Positions 16,894 through 25,079 of a stretch of DNA of 25,079 bases are shown here, in pieces. The notes beneath the pieces are model-generated. The model was not told the origin of the DNA. It searched no databases and was given only the letters and a program-made list of their open reading frames with translations. Position numbers and translations under genes: made by a program. How positions within the stretch are numbered: position 1 is the first letter of the stretch; every line of letters starts with the position of its first letter. Source of the DNA: Candidatus Nanoarchaeia archaeon (GTDB taxonomy: Archaea; Nanobdellota; Nanobdellia; SCGC-AAA011-G17; DATDVL01); assembly GCA_035288725.1 (NCBI GenBank), contig DATDZK010000066.1, positions 1-25,079 of the forward strand. Direction: 5' to 3'.

Positions 16894-19492
16894 GCTTCAC
16901 GCTCTTCACAATGTTCCTGATGTTCAATGTTCCGCCCCATGTCTTGCTCACTTCAAGCCCATCCTCGCCATAGGAAAACTGCACCACATTCTTGTTTGCA
17001 TCTCTTACGCTGTTGTCATACTCCACCTTCATGTCCTGCAGCGCATTCGCAAGCCTTCTGTACAAGTATCCAGACTTTGGAGTTCGCAGCGCAGTGTCCA
17101 TCAGCCCGTCTCTGCCTGTCATCGCATGGAAGAAGAACTCGTATGGATTCAGCCCGCGCTTGAAGCTGTTCTTCACAAAGCCATGCGCATCTGCAGACAA
17201 GTCATCTTTTTTGAACATGCTCAATGTCCTTCCCTTGTACCCTGTAGTGATGCGGTGCCCCATCAGCGCCTGCTGCCCTACGCATCCAGACATCTGCGCA
17301 AGGTTCAGGATCTTTCCCCTTGCCCCAGACCTTGCCATTATCACTGCCGAGTTCCTTGACCTGGTGCTTTGCGCGACATATTGCCCTATCTTGTCCCTGA
17401 TCTTGTTCAGTACCCCCAATGTCTTGATCTCAAGAGTCTCAGCAAGCGTCCTTCCAGGCAAAGCATCCATTTTTCCAGCGCGGTATTCTTTTACAACCTC
17501 ATCAACTTCCTTGTCTCCCTGCGCAATGGAAGCATTAATCTTCTCCTGCACCTCTCGGCTTACATCAATGTTGTCAATGCTTATGGTAAATCCCCGCTTC
17601 AATAATATCTTGATGCCTAGTCTGAAGATGTTTCCCAGGAACTCTACAGTAATGCTGGGCCCATATCTCCTGTAAAATTCCATGATCATCTTGCCTCGCT
17701 CTTCCCCAATTGCATTTGAGTCAATCACCCCGCTGACAAGCTGGCCATCTTCAATTCTGACAAGCCCGTCATCTCCAAGTTTTAGCACTGCATCTTTTGG
17801 AGTTCCTTTTGCCAGGCCTTCATAGTTAAAGTCTTTTGGCAGCAGCATGCTGAATAATTCCTTGCCATTTATTTTCTGTTTGGCAATCTTTGGATCTTCA
17901 ATTCCAATGCTTACCATCAGCTGCGTGGCATCCTCCCTGGTGAGCTGCATCCCTTCTCCTTTAGTGAGCAAGTACAGCCCGGTAACAGAGTCTTCAACGC
18001 ATCCCATGACATTGTAGCCGTGCTTTGGAGTTATCATTTGCGTCTGCACTTCCATCAGTATCTCAGCTTCAGCTCTTGCCTCCTCAGTCTGCGGAATGTG
18101 CAGGTTCATCTCATCCCCGTCAAAGTCAGCATTGAAGGCATTGCACACGCTTGGATTCAGCCTGAAGCTCTTTCCTGGCAGCACGCGGATGCGATGGCAC
18201 ATGATGCTCATCCTGTGCAGGCTCGGCTGCCTGTTGAACAGTGCAATGTCTCCGTCAACAAGGTGCCTTTCAACTATCATGCCTGGTCCAATCTCGTTAA
18301 GTATGACTTCCCTGCTTTCATCAGTAATCTGCTTCTTCTTCCCGTCAGGCCGTACCACATAGTTCGCTCCAGGATATGCTTCAGCCCCTCTCTTGATTAG
18401 CTCTTTCAGCTTTTCAATATTCCATTCATTCACTCTCTCAGGCACTGTCAGCTCTAGTGCAACTCTCTGCGGAATGCCAACCTCATTGAACTTGATTCTT
18501 GGATCAGGGCTGATGACAGTCCTTGCAGCATAGTTGACTCGCTTGCCAGCAAGATTGTGCCTGAACCTTCCCTCCTTGCTCTTGATTCTTTCAGTTAGGG
18601 TCTTCAATGCCTGGCCGCTTCTGTGCCTGGCAGGAGGAACCTGGCTTATGGTATTGTCCAGGTAGGTAGTTACATGGTACTGCAGCAAGTCCCACAAATC
18701 TTCAACGATGATCTCAGGAGCGCCTGCATTGATGTTCTCAAAAAGCCTCTGGTTAATTCTCACCACGTCTCCAAGCTTGTGCGTCAGGTCATCCTCGCTT
18801 CTCTCTCCTGTTTCCAGTGTTATGCTTGGCCTCATTGTCACAGGAGGGATGCTGATCAAGGTTAGTACAGACCATTCAGGCCGGGCAGCTTTTGCATCAA
18901 GCCCAAGGAAAAACAGGTCCTCATTGCTTACCCTTTCCAGCCTGGTCCTTATCTCTATTGGAGTCAGCCTTCTGTCATTCTCCATAAGCGTGCTTGGCTT
19001 CTCTATCTTTATGCTGTACTGCTTTGCCTTGCAGTGCGGGCATTTCCTGATGTTCTTCACGCTTGTGATAAGAAGGGAAATAATGTCGCGCTTCGCATCC
19101 TCTCTGCCTTCTGCATATGCCTTATTAATTCTCCCTCTCCACTTCTCCTGGTCCTTGTCCTGCAGCAATACCTTCCCGCACTCCCTGCACGCGGATCTCA
19201 GGCAGTCAAGAATGACCTTGATGTACTTGATGTGAATGACAGGCCTTGCAAGCTCAATATACCCGAAATGCCCCATGCATTCCTTCAGCTTTCCTCCGCA
19301 TGTCTTGCATCTAAGTCCTGGGTCAATCACCCCAAGCCTGATGTCCATTAATCCCCCGTCAACAGGATACCCTTCATTGTCATAAAGCTCTGGAGTCACT
19401 ACTTTCACAGCGCTCATCTTCTGTATTTCTTCAGGGCCCAATAGCCCGAACTCAATGCTGTCCACGCACTTGTAAACATATTCTTCTGCCAT
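16883..19492 (-). CDS. rpoA1: RNA polymerase subunit A' (Rpo1N)
   Basis: Catalytic NADFDGD, CKTCG...CMGH zinc site, NRQPSLH and TALRTPKSGYLYRR motifs. Confidence 0.99.
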   Translation of the reverse strand: MAEEYVYKCVDSIEFGLLGPEEIQKMSAVKVVTPELYDNEGYPVDGGLMDIRLGVIDPGLRCKTCGGKLKECMGHFGYIELARPVIHIKYIKVILDCLRSACRECGKVLLQDKDQEKWRGRINKAYAEGREDAKRDIISLLITSVKNIRKCPHCKAKQYSIKIEKPSTLMENDRRLTPIEIRTRLERVSNEDLFFLGLDAKAARPEWSVLTLISIPPVTMRPSITLETGERSEDDLTHKLGDVVRINQRLFENINAGAPEIIVEDLWDLLQYHVTTYLDNTISQVPPARHRSGQALKTLTERIKSKEGRFRHNLAGKRVNYAARTVISPDPRIKFNEVGIPQRVALELTVPERVNEWNIEKLKELIKRGAEAYPGANYVVRPDGKKKQITDESREVILNEIGPGMIVERHLVDGDIALFNRQPSLHRMSIMCHRIRVLPGKSFRLNPSVCNAFNADFDGDEMNLHIPQTEEARAEAEILMEVQTQMITPKHGYNVMGCVEDSVTGLYLLTKGEGMQLTREDATQLMVSIGIEDPKIAKQKINGKELFSMLLPKDFNYEGLAKGTPKDAVLKLGDDGLVRIEDGQLVSGVIDSNAIGEERGKMIMEFYRRYGPSITVEFLGNIFRLGIKILLKRGFTISIDNIDVSREVQEKINASIAQGDKEVDEVVKEYRAGKMDALPGRTLAETLEIKTLGVLNKIRDKIGQYVAQSTRSRNSAVIMARSGARGKILNLAQMSGCVGQQALMGHRITTGYKGRTLSMFKKDDLSADAHGFVKNSFKRGLNPYEFFFHAMTGRDGLMDTALRTPKSGYLYRRLANALQDMKVEYDNSVRDANKNVVQFSYGEDGLEVSKTWGGTLNIRNIVKSVKHEK

Positions 19493-19493
19493 G

Positions 19494-21296
19494 TTAGTAT
19501 TTGCTCTTCAACCTCATCCTGGGAGCTATGCCCAGTGCTTTCAGTTCATCAAGCAAGAGCTTGAATGCGTAGCTTATTTCAACAGGAGTTATCTCCACAT
19601 TGCTTCCATCCTTGATGCAGAACTTCCTGTTCCTGAAGCTGTCATGCACAGCAAGCATGCCGCACGCCTCGCATATATGGACTATTGTCTTGTCAGAGTC
19701 AAACCTCTCCTTGAGCAGCAGGCTTGCCCCGTGCGCAACAAAGCAGTCCTTCTCCATTTCTCCAAGCCTTAATCCTCCGCCTTTGCTTCTTCCTTCAACA
19801 GGCTGCCTTGTCAGCAGCTGTATTCTTCCTGATGCCCTTGCATGAAGCTTGTTTGCAACCATGTGCTTCAGCCTTAGATAAAACATGTTTCCTGTGTAAA
19901 TTGCAACCTCAAATTCCTCTCCTGTTATCCCGTTTATCATCCTTTCAGTCCCGTTCTCCCTGAATCCCATGTCCTGCAGCATGCTTCTTAGGTTCTCCTC
20001 AGGCTCTGAGTTGAATGTGGTTCCATCAATGTACCGGCCTGTAAGCGCCCCAGCCTTTCCGCCAACAACCTCTATCAGGTGGCTTACAGTCATTCTTGTA
20101 GGCACAGAATGCGGAGAGAAAATCAGGTCAGGAATAATGCCAGAAACGCTGAAAGGCATGTCTGCCTGGGCGACTATCATCCCGATAACCCCTTTCTGGC
20201 CACAGCGCGATGCAAACTTGTCGCCTATCTCTGGAATCCTCTGCTCTCTCAGTCTTATCTGCACAATCTTGTTCCCTTCCTCATTCTCAGTAACAACAAT
20301 GAAGTCTGTAACTCCTTCTTCTCCCTGCTTTACAGTAACTGAGCTTTCCCTTCTTGTGCTTGCTGCTATGCTGAACTCCTCCATCTCTCCTAAGAACCTT
20401 GGAGGGCTTGTCTTCCCGATAAGCACATCATCTGGCTTTACTTGCTGCTCAGGATAGATAATGCCGTCATCTTCCAAAAACCTGTAATCCTTCTCGCTCT
20501 TGTAGCCTTTTGTCTCCTTGTCTGGAACTCCTATCTCATCCATAAGCCCGCCAGAATACCTAAGCTCTTCAGCATTGTACGGCCTGAAGTAGAAGCTCCT
20601 GGCTAATCCTCTTTCAACGCTCCCTTTGTTCAGGATTATGGCATCGCTCATGTTATATCCCTCATAGCTCATCAGTGCAATTACTATGTTCTGGCCAGCA
20701 GGATGATGGTTATATCCTGATATTTCGTGCATGAATGTCCTGACAATAGGCTGCTGAGGATACTGCAGCACAGATACATCGGTGTCCATGCGCAGCAGGT
20801 AATTCAGCGCATACAAGCCAAGCGACTGCTTTTGCGTCTTGCTTCCCCTGTTCAGCCTTGCTGACTGTCCAAAGTTCGCATAAGGAACAAGGCTTGTAGT
20901 TATTCCGAACATGATGGTAGGGGAGATTTCAAGGTGTGTATGCTCTGGAGTGATGTCATCTTCGTACAGCGCAACAAACGCATTTTCCTCTTCAGCAGCA
21001 TCCAGGTATTCAATAACGCCATGCGCAATCAGCTCCTTCCATCCAAGCTTCTTGTTAGCTACTTGCTGGTAAATTTCATCAGTGAACAGGCTTTTTCCAT
21101 CCTTCACAACAATCAATGGCCTTCTTACTCTTCCTTTGGAGATTTCAAGGTGCAGCTCGTCATGTAGTTCGTCATAGAACACGTTCAATGTGCCTGGCAG
21201 TTTTCCAGTTTTTCTTTCTTCTTTCACGCTTGCAGTGAATGCAGCTACGTTTTCAACTGTGCCTGCAAACCTGTCATCTATGAAGACGTCAGTCAT
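19494..21296 (-). CDS. rpoB1: RNA polymerase subunit B' (Rpo2C)
   Basis: GDKFASRCGQKG, LKHMVANK and GGLRLGEMEKD motifs. Confidence 0.98.
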   Translation of the reverse strand: MTDVFIDDRFAGTVENVAAFTASVKEERKTGKLPGTLNVFYDELHDELHLEISKGRVRRPLIVVKDGKSLFTDEIYQQVANKKLGWKELIAHGVIEYLDAAEEENAFVALYEDDITPEHTHLEISPTIMFGITTSLVPYANFGQSARLNRGSKTQKQSLGLYALNYLLRMDTDVSVLQYPQQPIVRTFMHEISGYNHHPAGQNIVIALMSYEGYNMSDAIILNKGSVERGLARSFYFRPYNAEELRYSGGLMDEIGVPDKETKGYKSEKDYRFLEDDGIIYPEQQVKPDDVLIGKTSPPRFLGEMEEFSIAASTRRESSVTVKQGEEGVTDFIVVTENEEGNKIVQIRLREQRIPEIGDKFASRCGQKGVIGMIVAQADMPFSVSGIIPDLIFSPHSVPTRMTVSHLIEVVGGKAGALTGRYIDGTTFNSEPEENLRSMLQDMGFRENGTERMINGITGEEFEVAIYTGNMFYLRLKHMVANKLHARASGRIQLLTRQPVEGRSKGGGLRLGEMEKDCFVAHGASLLLKERFDSDKTIVHICEACGMLAVHDSFRNRKFCIKDGSNVEITPVEISYAFKLLLDELKALGIAPRMRLKSKY

Positions 21297-22770
21297 GCTT
21301 CATCCCAAGCCCTTCCAGGACTTTTTTCACCTTGTCCTCGGAATATTCTTCTTGTGATACTGATGCAAGCATTGCCAGATTTTTTCTTAATCCAATTGGC
21401 GTGCCTTCAGGAGTCTCAATTGGGCATAACCGCGAGTAGTTGGTAGGGTGCAGGCTCCTGGCTTCAAAGTTCTCCTGGCTGGAGCTTAACAGCGAGACAA
21501 CTCTCTGCAAATGGCTTAATGTTGCAAGGAAATTAGTCCTGTCAATGTTCTGGCTTATCCCTTTCCTTCCTCCAACCCATGTCCCTGTTGCCATTGCGCT
21601 CTTCACTCTGCTTGTCAGCAGCTTGTCTCGAATGATTATCTTCACGCTGCTGAACTTTCCTCTTTTTACCAGGCGCTGGAAATTGTAAAGAATGTCATTG
21701 ACCAAAGCGCGCATGTTCACCCTGAAAAGGTCTGCAAGAAGGTCTCCGGAAAGCTTCAGTCTCTTGTTCATGTAATGGTCCTTGTCCTGCCCTTCAATGT
21801 CAGTCTTGGTAGTAATCAAAAATCTCCTAAGCAGCTTGCACAGGCTGTACGCCTTGAAGACCCTGTCATGCTGTGTCGTTCCAATATGCGGCAGCAGGTA
21901 CTTGTCCAGGTTATCAAGGACTTTCAGGTAATCTTCCTCAGCCTGGCCAACCATTCCAGCTTTTTTTGCAATGTAATCAAGGGCATCTTGCTGCGTCTTC
22001 AGATGAACAGAGTCATAAAGGTTGATGTAGATGTCGTCATACTGCTGTCCCTTTCCAATGTACTTGACAATCTCAACGTCCTTGGTTATGCCCAATGCCT
22101 TGATAAGCACAATCACAGGAATTCTTGTGAACCTTGTAAAAGTCAGGTTGATGATTCCATCTTTCATCTGCTCTATTAAGTGAGGAATCCTGTAGCTCCC
22201 TTTCTCAGAGAAAATCCTTCCAATGTACTTTGCAGTGCCGCTGCTCGGCTGCTCAGCAAACAGCTTGTTGCTTGCCAGATCCTCAACTGTGATCAATACT
22301 CTCTCATTTCCGTTTAATATGAAGTACCCTCCAGGGTCATGCGGATCTTCCCCGTTTGCAACAAGCTCGTCCTTTTTCATGCCATGCAGATGGCAGTACT
22401 TGCTCTTCAGCATTATAGGAAGCTTCCCAATCTGTGTAGTGAAGCTCTCCTTCTGCACCCCATTTATGTGCGCAGAAACCTCTAGAAATATAGGGGCAGA
22501 ATACGTCAGGTTCCTCAGGCGCGCTTCAATTGGCATGATGTTGCGCTTGCTCCCGTCAGCTTCCACAAGGTTAGGCTTCTCAACCCATATCTTGTCCAGC
22601 CTAATCCTGAAGTCCTCAATGTCCTGCGGAATAATTGTAGGCACAACCTCCTGCATCTCCTTGACAATCTCCTGCATTCCTTTTTCAATAAAGTTGTCAA
22701 AGCTCTGGATATTGCTTGCTATCAGGCTATGCTCTTCAAAATATCTCTGGATAAGTATGTCATTCTTCAT
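21289..22770 (-). CDS. rpoB2: RNA polymerase subunit B'' (Rpo2N)
   Basis: EARLRNLTYSAP, GGYFILNGNERV and RLCPIETPEG motifs; split Rpo2. Confidence 0.98.
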   Translation of the reverse strand: MKNDILIQRYFEEHSLIASNIQSFDNFIEKGMQEIVKEMQEVVPTIIPQDIEDFRIRLDKIWVEKPNLVEADGSKRNIMPIEARLRNLTYSAPIFLEVSAHINGVQKESFTTQIGKLPIMLKSKYCHLHGMKKDELVANGEDPHDPGGYFILNGNERVLITVEDLASNKLFAEQPSSGTAKYIGRIFSEKGSYRIPHLIEQMKDGIINLTFTRFTRIPVIVLIKALGITKDVEIVKYIGKGQQYDDIYINLYDSVHLKTQQDALDYIAKKAGMVGQAEEDYLKVLDNLDKYLLPHIGTTQHDRVFKAYSLCKLLRRFLITTKTDIEGQDKDHYMNKRLKLSGDLLADLFRVNMRALVNDILYNFQRLVKRGKFSSVKIIIRDKLLTSRVKSAMATGTWVGGRKGISQNIDRTNFLATLSHLQRVVSLLSSSQENFEARSLHPTNYSRLCPIETPEGTPIGLRKNLAMLASVSQEEYSEDKVKKVLEGLGMKHD

Positions 22771-23009
22771 TCTGTTACCACCCTGAAAAATGTGAATTTC
22801 CCGGCAGTCGGGCTGTCTCTTGTGATCTTGATTATGTCTCCTTCATGCGGTCCAAGAAGCTGGATTGCAGGATCTTTTGCAGAAATCTTTGGCAAATGTT
22901 TCCTCTCAATATGGTATGCTTGAAGCACTTGCTGTGCTGCCTCATCATTTAGCTTCTCGTGCTTAGGCACAAGCAGGTGTTTGCGGATGTCAAAGGTTAC
23001 TTCAGCCAT
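22767..23009 (-). CDS. rpoH: RNA polymerase subunit H (Rpo5)
   Basis: HLLVPKHEKL...LPKISAKDP...GDIIKITRDS. Confidence 0.97.
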   Translation of the reverse strand: MAEVTFDIRKHLLVPKHEKLNDEAAQQVLQAYHIERKHLPKISAKDPAIQLLGPHEGDIIKITRDSPTAGKFTFFRVVTE

Positions 23010-23023
23010 TTTTTGCAGTTAGA

Positions 23024-23124
23024 CGGGCCGGATGGGATTTGAACCCATGACCACTTGCTTGCCTTGAAGCATGATTGCTTGCTTGATAAAAGGCAAATGC
23101 TCTACCAAGCTGAGCTACCGGCCC
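23024..23124 (-). tRNA. tRNA-Lys(UUU) with a 27-nt intron at 37/38 (23060-23086)
   Basis: Cloverleaf GGGCCGG/CCGGCCC, anticodon TTT, G73. Central BHB helix CUUU/AAGG; CCA not encoded. Confidence 0.93.
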
Positions 23125-23126
23125 AA

Positions 23127-23221
23127 CGCCCTAGGCGAGAATTGAACTCGCGCCACAGCCTTTCTTTGGGCCTACTCATGCCCGTGACAGGGCTGTATCC
23201 TAACCACTAGACGACTAGGGC
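23127..23221 (-). tRNA. tRNA-Asp(GUC) with a 23-nt intron at 37/38 (23162-23184)
   Basis: GCCCTAG/CTAGGGC acceptor, CAGCC/GGCTG anticodon stem, anticodon GTC, G73; intron stem GGGC/GCCC. Confidence 0.92.
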
Positions 23222-23466
23222 ATGAATACCTCATCCTTCGCAGTCTTCCAGCTATGCGTTTTAATAGCATGTAAGAAAGGAGGACAGGAGCATTTAAAGA
23301 AAATGAAAAAGACCCTTTATAAGTCTTTCTATTAAAATAGAATTCTCACTATTTAGCTACTGTACATATGTTCTAAGAATCATAAGGTGAGCTTATTTAT
23401 ATATATTGTTGTTGCAAGGAAGTAGATTTTGCAGAGGATATATTTTTAAGGCAATAGCAGCCAAAA

Positions 23467-24018
23467 ATGTTTATGCTTCTAATCAAAAAAGTTGGAATTC
23501 TTGGAGCTTTGGCACTGGCAGGCTGCACTAGCACGCAAGAGCCACCTCTGGATTATTGCCTTGAAGATTCCATTCATGAAAGCATGCTTGCAGAAGAAGA
23601 CAAGCAGGCAATGTACCAGCGTTTCTGTGAAATCAGGGGAGAATATAACAAAAATTACATTCCAAACTTGCATGACTGTGACGATATGGCGCAGGAGTTT
23701 CGCGATTTTCTGGCAGGGATTGGAATTGCATATGGCCGCATGCGTCTTGTGCAGGGAGTCAGGAAAGAGGCGGGGAACAAGAAGTCTCCTGGTCATCTAT
23801 GGCTTGAAGTTTGGGAAAACAGAAAGTGGAAGGTCTATGATCCGTCGCAGAACAGGTTCGGCGAGCTGCCTGTGATAATGCGCCTGAAATATGGGATTGA
23901 GAAGGTAAGCATGGGAGATGAGATAATCAAGGATGGCAGCTATGGAACAGGTTCAGCAGGGTACAAGAATTACGGCGATCGCTTTGAAAACGGAGAATGG
24001 ATGTCAGGAAGGGAATGA
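23467..24018 (+). CDS. Putative lipoprotein with a transglutaminase-like Cys-His-Asp triad
   Basis: KK + hydrophobic stretch + LAGC lipobox; DCDDMA, GHLWLEV and YDPS motifs. Confidence 0.65.
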   Translation: MFMLLIKKVGILGALALAGCTSTQEPPLDYCLEDSIHESMLAEEDKQAMYQRFCEIRGEYNKNYIPNLHDCDDMAQEFRDFLAGIGIAYGRMRLVQGVRKEAGNKKSPGHLWLEVWENRKWKVYDPSQNRFGELPVIMRLKYGIEKVSMGDEIIKDGSYGTGSAGYKNYGDRFENGEWMSGRE

Positions 24019-24064
24019 TATCCCACAAGAAGGTTAGGACATATCTGTCTCATTTTCAGGACGA

Positions 24065-24523
24065 CTAAGTATCTTCATATCTTAATCTAAGTAGTTCTTT
24101 CCAAACTACTAGTAGAGGTATTCTGCCAGCAAAAAAGAAAGCGGTATTTACATTTGAGTGAATGGGAGAATCTGAATATGTAACAACACCGAATACATCT
24201 CCTTGACGTAATCTAAAACCATAAGGAAATAATTCAGATACCTTCTGATGGGTCTTATTAGGGAATAACTTTATTCCAGATTGCATAAGACTTTCTAAGT
24301 CAAAAACTTTAATTGCAGGACTATTTTTCGGACTAAAAAAGATAGAAATTTCGCGATGACCAGAAATTTTTCTTACAATCCCATTACCTTGATAGAGTAT
24401 TGGACCGACACCCATAGGTAATTGTTCAGTTGCTAATTTCAAAAAGTATTCAGATTCACGTTCATTCAGAAGTATATCCCTCAGATTTTGATCCACCATT
24501 TGACGTTTGCCCTGTTTATCCAT
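24065..24523 (-). CDS. Hypothetical protein (152 aa)
   Basis: ORF with AAAAGCTTAAATA promoter-like sequence about 20 nt upstream. Confidence 0.6.
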   Translation of the reverse strand: MDKQGKRQMVDQNLRDILLNERESEYFLKLATEQLPMGVGPILYQGNGIVRKISGHREISIFFSPKNSPAIKVFDLESLMQSGIKLFPNKTHQKVSELFPYGFRLRQGDVFGVVTYSDSPIHSNVNTAFFFAGRIPLLVVWKELLRLRYEDT

Positions 24524-24593
24524 ATGCCTAGTCCAATGAACATATATTTAAGCTTTTCTATAGTAATAACTTAAAAGTAGTTAAATAAAGCAA

Positions 24594-24714
24594 TCCCACA
24601 GGGAGGACTCGAACCTCCAACTTGTCGGTGTCAGCTGATGGTTCTTCCTCCAACGCATCAAGCGCTGTCTGACCATTTCTACAGCCGACTACTCTACCAT
24701 TGAGTTACTGTGGG
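24594..24714 (-). tRNA. tRNA-Tyr(GUA) with a 49-nt intron at 37/38 (24630-24678)
   Basis: C1-G72 and A73 (archaeal Tyr identity), anticodon GTA, short variable loop; TATA CTTATAAG at 24741-24748. Confidence 0.93.
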
Positions 24715-24750
24715 AACTGAAGAAAAAGCCGGCAACTTTCCTTATAAGTT

Positions 24751-24942
24751 TTACTGTAGGGAAATATCAAAAGGGAAGGAAAGATTGAGTATATTTGGGT
24801 TATCGATTCTTTTTCTGAATCCCATGATTGCAACGCCTACAACTTTGCCAGTTTTTTCATCCACGCGTTCTGATATGCCCTCGCCAATGTCCCTAAAATA
24901 TCCATGGGTAAATTTGCTCTTCTTATTTGTGGGGCAAACTTC
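24751..24942 (-). pseudogene. Start-less remnant resembling DUF2283-type antitoxins
   Basis: Open frame KFTHGYFRDIGEGISERVDEKTGKVVGVAIMGFRKRID...LQ*, preceded by an in-frame TGA (24943-24945). The family call is from recall only. Confidence 0.5.
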
Positions 24943-24984
24943 TCATAATCCCAACGTTATGTTCAATTCCCTCGGGCGCCTGAA

Positions 24985-25079
24985 TTATTTTACATCAAAT
25001 TTTCTTGCCCAAACATCAAGATGTTTGAAACATTTAATTAACTCTTTTCCTTTATTAGTTAATGAATATTCAACTCTTG
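24985..25079 (-). CDS. 3' end of an HxlR-family winged-helix regulator (partial)
   Basis: RVEYSLTNKGKELIKCFKHLDVWA; RVEYSLTxxGxxL is the HxlR wing signature. Not in the ORF track. Confidence 0.8.
   Translation of the reverse strand, partial: RVEYSLTNKGKELIKCFKHLDVWARKFDVK

Noticed and set aside
19494-22770. Split Rpo2 (B''/B') as a novelty
   Set aside because: This is a well-known state in many archaea.
5186-22923. Many plus-strand ORFs opposite tuf, fusA, rps and rpo genes
   Set aside because: They are antisense shadows of highly conserved genes, with no motifs or independent signals.
23222-23325. Long tRNA-Asp leader with a small hairpin and SD-like GAGGT before ATG-CCC-TAG; possible sRNA
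   Set aside because: No C/D or H/ACA boxes, and the mini-ORF is a by-product of the tRNA 5' end.
1-25079. CRISPR array or rRNA
   Set aside because: No regularly spaced repeats or rRNA-like conserved sequence were seen.

Overview
Archaeal DNA, most likely DPANN (Woesearchaeota-like; lineage is inferred from gene style and divergence, not proven). The core is the conserved minus-strand transcription/translation cluster: tRNA-Asp, tRNA-Lys, rpoH, rpoB'', rpoB', rpoA', rpoA'' (476-aa LAGLIDADG intein), rpl30e, nusA, rps12, rps7, fusA (198-aa mini-intein) and tuf. Several orphan or accessory genes with their own TATA boxes interrupt it. Left of tuf lies a decaying accessory region with a truncated integron-integrase-like tyrosine recombinase, a NUDIX gene, a Fic protein and a VapBC pair with a frameshifted toxin; the segment from the recombinase to tuf is bracketed by a 75-bp direct repeat whose homology stops at a GTTRRRY core. 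Further att-like or REP-like hairpin elements flank other inserted genes. Three tRNAs carry introns at position 37/38. The most notable signals are the dispersed integron-like site system, an EF-2 in which both cation-binding GTPase residues are replaced, and unusual features inside the tRNA introns. No searches or folding programs were run; counts are by hand.
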